Below are positions 58,436-64,000 of a stretch of 64,000 nucleotides of DNA, piece by piece; position 1 is the first letter of the stretch, and each line of letters begins with the position of its first letter. The stretch lies in NCBI GenBank assembly GCA_965228895.1, contig OZ245842.1:2560001-2624000 (forward strand), given 5' to 3'. This DNA is from Alphaproteobacteria bacterium. GTDB lineage: Bacteria > Pseudomonadota > Alphaproteobacteria > SP197. The translations under genes and the position numbers were made by a program. The notes beneath the pieces were generated by a model. The model made no database searches. It saw nothing but the letters and a program-made list of their open reading frames with translations, and was not told the origin of the DNA.

Positions 58436-59548
58436 TTGGGGTTGTTGACGATGCGTTATCTGGTGCTTGTGTGCTGTCTGCTCCTGGCGTGGCCCGCTTC
58501 CGCGCAGGAGAGTGACGAATCCGATGAGACCGTGACCGAGGGCCAGGTCCAGCAATCCGAGAGCCCCGGCGAGGACGAGGCAGCGGAAACGAACGATGTG
58601 GACGCGGAGGATGCGGAACCGCAGCCACTTGAGCCTTTCACGCTACAGATCAAGTGGCTGCCGCAGGCTCAGTTCGCCGGCTACTACGTCGCCCAGGCGA
58701 ATGGGTTCTATGCGCAAGAGGGCCTCGACGTCACGATCCTGCCAGGCGGACCCGACGTCGATCCGCTGGACACGCTCGGCCACGGATCGGCTGATGTCGC
58801 GATCGATTGGTTGCCGCCGGTCCTGCACGCCAGCGAACGCGGCGCGTCGCTGGTCAACATCGCGCAGATCTTTCAGTTCTCCGGCCAGACAATCGCCTGC
58901 CGCGATGCCGCCGGCGTCGAAACCCCTGAGGACCTGCGCGGCAAGACCGTCGCGTTCAACAAGGGCGGCGACGAATATGCGGTGCTCGCCTGGTTCAATA
59001 CGCTGGGCATACCGGTTGACGGCTCGGACGACGGCATCACACTGATCGACCGTGCGGCCGGTGTCAGCGACATCATCGACGGCACCGCCGATTGCATCAC
59101 CGCGCAGACCTATAACGAGCTCGGCCTGCTCGACGAACGTGGTTTCAATGCCAACAACATGACCATCTTCGACTTCGAGGAACTCGGCGTCGCGACACTG
59201 CAGGACGGGATCTACACGACACAGGCAGCGCTTGGCGACACGGCCAAGGTCGACCAGATCGTCCGGTTCCTGCGTGCGTCTTTGAAGGGCTGGCGCATGG
59301 CGCTTGCCCGGCGCGACACCGCCGTTCAACTGGTCATGCAGATCATGCAGGACCCCGCGGCCTCGCGCGATCATCAGCTCTACATGATCACGGAAGTCGG
59401 CCGCCTGATCGGACCGACCGATGACTTTCTGGGCCTGCTGATGCCCGAAACCTACGAATTGACCATCGACCGCCTGGAAGAAGGCGGCGTTCTGGCAGAG
59501 GTTCCCCAGCAGGGCTGGTCGCACTCACTCTGGCTCCAGGCGCAGTAG
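58436..59548 (+). CDS. NMT1/THI5-type ABC substrate-binding protein
   Basis: Signal peptide; KWLPQAQFAGYYVA...GLDVTILPGGP. Confidence 0.9.
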   Translation: MGLLTMRYLVLVCCLLLAWPASAQESDESDETVTEGQVQQSESPGEDEAAETNDVDAEDAEPQPLEPFTLQIKWLPQAQFAGYYVAQANGFYAQEGLDVTILPGGPDVDPLDTLGHGSADVAIDWLPPVLHASERGASLVNIAQIFQFSGQTIACRDAAGVETPEDLRGKTVAFNKGGDEYAVLAWFNTLGIPVDGSDDGITLIDRAAGVSDIIDGTADCITAQTYNELGLLDERGFNANNMTIFDFEELGVATLQDGIYTTQAALGDTAKVDQIVRFLRASLKGWRMALARRDTAVQLVMQIMQDPAASRDHQLYMITEVGRLIGPTDDFLGLLMPETYELTIDRLEEGGVLAEVPQQGWSHSLWLQAQ

Positions 59549-59555
59549 GCCCATC

Positions 59556-60335
59556 ATGTCCCCGCATCACATGCCCCAGATGACATGGCAGGAAGTCGGC
59601 CAGCGCTTCGAGGATGGCGCGATCGTATTGCTGCCGATCGGCTCCAACGAAGGCCACGGCAAGCACCTTCCCCTGGCGACCGACACCATCGTCGCCGTGC
59701 ATACCTGCGAGCTTGTTGCCGAACGGATCGATGCGGTGATCGCGCCGGCGATTCCCTGGGGCTACAAGTCGCAAATGCGTACCGGCGGCGGCCACCACCG
59801 GACCGGCAATATCGGCCTGACCGCCAACACGCTCTCGGCGCTCGCGGCCGAGGTCCTGGTCGACCTGATGGAAAAGGGCGTGCGCCGTGTCGCCCTGATC
59901 AACGGCCACTACGAGAACACATGGTTCATTACCGAGGCCTGCCACCGCGCGATCCGCGAAGCCGGTTTGCCGGAAGGCGAGTTGCGCATGCTGAGCACCG
60001 CGTGGTGGGAGCTGACCGATGACGACGTGCTGAAGGCATGTTTTGAACGGCCGCCCGGCAAAATCGAATACGAACACGGCGCGCTTCTGGAAACCTCCAT
60101 CATGCTGTCGGCCAGACCCGACCTCGTGCATATGGACCGCCTGCCCCGTCACGACTTCCCAGAGTTTCCGCCCTATGACATTTTCCCGCCCGATATGAGC
60201 TGGGCGAACGAAACCGGCGTGCTGGCGCCGACGGACGGCGCCAACGCGGAGTCCGGCGCAAAGCTCATGACCATCATTGCCGATCGCATCGCGGAAGCCG
60301 TGATCAAGGAACTGGGCGCCATCCGGCGCGTCTGA
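59556..60335 (+). CDS. Creatininase-family amidohydrolase
   Basis: PIGSNEGHGKHLPLATD, NGHYEN, EHGALLETS. Confidence 0.9.
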   Translation: MSPHHMPQMTWQEVGQRFEDGAIVLLPIGSNEGHGKHLPLATDTIVAVHTCELVAERIDAVIAPAIPWGYKSQMRTGGGHHRTGNIGLTANTLSALAAEVLVDLMEKGVRRVALINGHYENTWFITEACHRAIREAGLPEGELRMLSTAWWELTDDDVLKACFERPPGKIEYEHGALLETSIMLSARPDLVHMDRLPRHDFPEFPPYDIFPPDMSWANETGVLAPTDGANAESGAKLMTIIADRIAEAVIKELGAIRRV

Positions 60336-60341
60336 ATCGTC

Positions 60342-62114
60342 TCAAGATTTGGCCGGCGCCACGTCCTCGACCACAAGCTGCGCGCCCTCGCGGCCCTGCC
60401 ATCGATCGGCCCGCAGATGGCCGGCCACGTGCAACGGCGCACCGCCTGCACTCATCAAGGTCTGGCCCAGCGGCGTCCCGGCGGCGCGAAAGGCGATTGC
60501 CTTCAGACGCGCGCCATCACCGCCGCCCAGGATGCAGCGCACGTGGTCGGCACCGACGACATCAGCGCGCACGACCCTGGCATCGGCAACGGCAAAGCGC
60601 GGCTCCGCGTTGCCGACCCCAAACGGGCCCACCCGCTCAACCGTGTTGACCAGTTCGGGCGTTGCCGCGCCTGCACTCAACGCGCCGTCGATGCCGATAT
60701 CCGGTGTCGTGCCCGTGGCAACACCGGCGTCGGCCAAACGCGTCTGCAGAAACGCGGTGACGTCACCAAGCCTATCCGCATCGACCGTGATACCGGCCGC
60801 CATCGGATGGCCGCCGCCGTTGATCAACAAGCCGGCTTGCCGCGCCGCCGTGACGGCCGCGCCAAGATCGATCCCCGCCACGGAACGGCCCGAGCCCTTG
60901 CCGACGCTGTCGGACAATGACACGACAACGGCCGGGCGATGGAATCGGTCGACCAAGCGGCTCGCGACAATGCCGATGACGCCGGGATGCCAGCTCTCGG
61001 ACGCCACCACGATCAGACTGGGGTCGGAATCTAAGGCGGCCTCGGCCTGATCCAGCGCTTCGTTCAAGACGGCCTTTTCAAGCGCGCGGCGTTCGGTGTT
61101 GAAACCATCAAGCCGCATGGCGATCCCTACCGCCTCGTCGGCATCGTGGGTGCTGAGCAGGCGCGCACCGAGATCCGGCTGGCCGACGCGACCGCCGGCG
61201 TTGATCCGTGGCCCCAACACGAACCCCGCATGGTAAGCGCCAGGGGTTTCGTTGACGCCCGCTATCTCCGCCAGCGCGTTCAGACCCGTGTTACCGCGCC
61301 GGCCCAGCACCTTCAAACCCTGCGTGACCAAAGCGCGGTTGAGACCCGAGAGCGGTACGGCGTCGCAAACCGTGCCGAGGGCAACGAGGTCCAGCCACGA
61401 CATGAGGTCGGGTTCCGTCCGGTCCTTGAACCAGCCGCGCTGACGCAACATGCGGTTGACCGCCACGACGGTCATGAAGGTCACGCCGACTGCGGCAAGC
61501 TGACCGAGCCCGCTGCTGTCATCGAGACGATTGGGGTTCACGACCGCATGCGCGCGCGGCAAGTCGGCCTCGGCCATGTGGTGGTCCAGGACAATCACGT
61601 CGATGCCGGCCTCGGCAGCAAGACGCAACGGTTCGTGAGCCGCGATACCGCAGTCGACGGTGACGACGACGCCCGCCCCACGGTCGCGCAACCTGACCAG
61701 CGCCGGTGCGTTGGGTCCGTAACCTTCCTTGATGCGATCGGGTATATGGATTGCGATACCGCCACCGACCGCCTGGACATAGCGCGATAGAAGCGCCGAT
61801 GAGGTCGCGCCGTCGACATCGTAGTCGCCGAACACACCGATCGTCTGCCCGGCCTCGATAGCGTCGGCCAGCCGTGCTGCCGCGCTTTCCATGTCGGTCA
61901 GCGACAGGGGATCGGGCAGCGCCGAGCGCAAGGTGGGATTGAGGAACGTCTCGACGCCGTCAAGATCGACACCGCGCGCGGCCAGAACACGGCCTACAAC
62001 CTCGGGCAGATCCAGGCGCTGGGATAACGCCACGGCCAGAGCCTCGTCTTTCAGGCGCGGCCGCCAACGGCGTCCGGTTACGGAACGGTCGACGCCGAGG
62101 ACCGCGTCCGTCAC
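60342..62114 (-). CDS. recJ: ssDNA exonuclease RecJ
   Basis: GDYDVDG, VDCG, DHH, GPRINAGGR, GSGRS, GGHPMAAG. Confidence 0.97.
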   Translation of the reverse strand: MTDAVLGVDRSVTGRRWRPRLKDEALAVALSQRLDLPEVVGRVLAARGVDLDGVETFLNPTLRSALPDPLSLTDMESAAARLADAIEAGQTIGVFGDYDVDGATSSALLSRYVQAVGGGIAIHIPDRIKEGYGPNAPALVRLRDRGAGVVVTVDCGIAAHEPLRLAAEAGIDVIVLDHHMAEADLPRAHAVVNPNRLDDSSGLGQLAAVGVTFMTVVAVNRMLRQRGWFKDRTEPDLMSWLDLVALGTVCDAVPLSGLNRALVTQGLKVLGRRGNTGLNALAEIAGVNETPGAYHAGFVLGPRINAGGRVGQPDLGARLLSTHDADEAVGIAMRLDGFNTERRALEKAVLNEALDQAEAALDSDPSLIVVASESWHPGVIGIVASRLVDRFHRPAVVVSLSDSVGKGSGRSVAGIDLGAAVTAARQAGLLINGGGHPMAAGITVDADRLGDVTAFLQTRLADAGVATGTTPDIGIDGALSAGAATPELVNTVERVGPFGVGNAEPRFAVADARVVRADVVGADHVRCILGGGDGARLKAIAFRAAGTPLGQTLMSAGGAPLHVAGHLRADRWQGREGAQLVVEDVAPAKS

Positions 62115-62119
62115 GGCGA

Positions 62120-63094
62120 CTAGTTGCCCATCAGATAGGTCTTGCGCGCGAGATTGTGATCCGCCGAGACCTTACGCACGGTTCCGCTGCGCGAACGCAT
62201 GACAATCGATTCCGTCTGCACGTGATCGCCGTGGCGATGCACACCGCGCAACATCCAACCGTCGGTAACGCCGGTGGCCGAAAAGAAGATATCGCCATGG
62301 GCGAGTTCACCGATGGCATAGGTCTTGCCAAGATCGGCTATGCCCATCTTGCCGGCGCGGACCTTTTCGTCATCGTTGCGGAAATTGAGCTTGCCCTGAA
62401 ACTGGCCGCCGATGCATTGCAGCGCGGCGGCCGCAAGCACACCCTCGGGCGCACCACCAATGCCCATATAGATATCAATGCCGGTTTCCGGCCGTGTCGT
62501 CGCGATGACGCCGGCGACGTCGCCGTCCTGGATCAAACGAATTCGCGCGCCGGAGTCGCGGACCGCGGCAATCAGATCCGCGTGGCGTGGCCGGTTGAGG
62601 ATCAGAACGACCAGATCCTCAACGCGCTTTCCCTTGGCTTCGGCAAGTCGGTGCAGGTTCGCCTTGGGTTTGTCGTTGAGGTCGATCACGCCGTCCGGCA
62701 GACCACCGCCAACGGCGATCTTATCCATATAGGTGTCCGGCGCGTTCAAGAAGCCGCCATCCTCCGCAAAAGCGAGGACGGCCAGCGAATTGGCGCCACC
62801 GGTCGCACAGATGGTCGTGCCTTCCAGGGGGTCGAGGGCGATATCGACCTTCGGACCCTTTCCGGTACCGACCTTCTCGCCGATATAGAGCATCGGCGCC
62901 TCATCGCGTTCGCCCTCGCCGATAACAACGGTGCCCTCGATGTCCAGGCCGTTCAGCCAGGTACGCATGGCGTCGACCGCGACCTGGTCGGCTGCTTTCT
63001 CGTCACCACGCCCCATCAACGATGATGCCGCGACTGCGGCCGCCTCGGTGACGCGAACGGCTTCCAGTGCCAGATCCCGATCCAGCTCCGTCAT
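62120..63094 (-). CDS. glpX: Fructose-1,6-bisphosphatase class II
   Basis: VIGEGERDEAPMLYIGE, DPLEGT, GGAPEGV. Confidence 0.97.
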   Translation of the reverse strand: MTELDRDLALEAVRVTEAAAVAASSLMGRGDEKAADQVAVDAMRTWLNGLDIEGTVVIGEGERDEAPMLYIGEKVGTGKGPKVDIALDPLEGTTICATGGANSLAVLAFAEDGGFLNAPDTYMDKIAVGGGLPDGVIDLNDKPKANLHRLAEAKGKRVEDLVVLILNRPRHADLIAAVRDSGARIRLIQDGDVAGVIATTRPETGIDIYMGIGGAPEGVLAAAALQCIGGQFQGKLNFRNDDEKVRAGKMGIADLGKTYAIGELAHGDIFFSATGVTDGWMLRGVHRHGDHVQTESIVMRSRSGTVRKVSADHNLARKTYLMGN

Positions 63095-63128
63095 GGTTCC
63101 TCCTGTGTTCGGTCCCCTGCAGTCTAGG

Positions 63129-64000
63129 CTACAGGTTTTCAATCCTGATCATGCGCGGTTGTTCGACCATGACATCAAGCGCGGCAATACGCTTCAGCGC
63201 TTCCATCATGGCGGACTCTTCGGTGTCGTGTGTCGTCAGCACCACGGGAACCCGCTCGCCGGGATCGCGGCCGCGCTGCAGCAGGCTTTCAAGCGAGATC
63301 GCCTGGTCGCGCAGGATGGCCGAAATGTCAGCGATGACGCCCGGCTGATCGACCACGTGCAAACAGATGTAGTAGCAGCCAAAGCGCCGATCCATCGGCG
63401 CGCCGGGCTGTTCCTTCAACTCGTTGGCCGGCATGTTGAACAGCGGCAAACGGATGCCGCGCGCAATGTCGATGATGTCGGCCGCCACCGCCGACGCGGT
63501 GGGGCCGCCGCCGGCGCCACGCCCGACATAGGTCGTGACATCGGCCTGGTCGCTTTCCACCTCCACGGCGTTAAACACACCGTTGACGTGCGCGATGTTG
63601 GCATCCAGCGGCACCATGCAGGGATGAACGCGCTGAGCTATGCCGTGGTCGGTCTCCTCGGCGATACCCAACAGCTTGACGTCGTAGCCGAGCTCCGCGG
63701 CGAACGCGATATCCTCTGGCGTGACAGGCTCGATGCCCTCGACATGCACGCCATCAAAGTCTACCGGCCGGCCGAATGCCAGGCTGGTCAGGATGGCGAG
63801 CTTGTGGGCGGCGTCGCCGCCGCCGACGTCCAGGGTCGGATCGGCTTCGGCGTAGCCCAGCTCTTGCGCCTCGGCCAGCACGTTGGCGAATGGCGCGCCG
63901 TGCTGACCCATCTGGGTCAGGATGTAGTTGGAGGTGCCGTTCAAGATACCGTAGAGGCGCTTGATCCGATTGCCGGCCAACCCCTCGCGCAGCGCCTTGA
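63129..64000 (-). CDS. hom: Homoserine dehydrogenase, 5' end outside window
   Basis: GILNGTSNYIL, GYAEADP, GRGAGGGPTASAV, C-terminal ACT domain. Confidence 0.95.
   Translation of the reverse strand, partial: KALREGLAGNRIKRLYGILNGTSNYILTQMGQHGAPFANVLAEAQELGYAEADPTLDVGGGDAAHKLAILTSLAFGRPVDFDGVHVEGIEPVTPEDIAFAAELGYDVKLLGIAEETDHGIAQRVHPCMVPLDANIAHVNGVFNAVEVESDQADVTTYVGRGAGGGPTASAVAADIIDIARGIRLPLFNMPANELKEQPGAPMDRRFGCYYICLHVVDQPGVIADISAILRDQAISLESLLQRGRDPGERVPVVLTTHDTEESAMMEALKRIAALDVMVEQPRMIRIENL

Overview
GC-rich alphaproteobacterial chromosome segment (hom-glpX-recJ-tRNA-Glu synteny at the right end; a MoxR/DUF58 operon and a multi-PAS kinase plus DivK-like regulator at the left end). It carries an apparently full-length ~43.4 kb temperate podovirus-type prophage (13535-56918) integrated into the 3' half of tRNA-Glu(TTC), bounded by a perfect 46-bp direct repeat. 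The prophage has a lambdoid control region (CI/Cro/CII-like genes, five asymmetric operator copies), replication and recombination genes (initiator with iterons, ERF, SSB, RusA), and a P22-like head/tail module with an N4-gp56-type capsid protein. Most unusual features: (1) terS and terL are separated by ~7.2 kb encoding two GT-A glycosyltransferases, a Maf/sialyltransferase-like enzyme, a SAM methyltransferase and Ser/Thr-rich repeat proteins, a candidate virion-glycosylation system; (2) a 28-bp dif-like XerC/XerD site just downstream of terS; (3) an integrase with non-canonical catalytic residues; (4) an unannotated counter-oriented module of structured RNA leader, 24-aa beta-peptide, hairpin and XRE HTH; (5) a lysis cassette with holin and spanin candidates but no recognisable endolysin. 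All assignments come from manual motif reading and synteny; no database searches were run.
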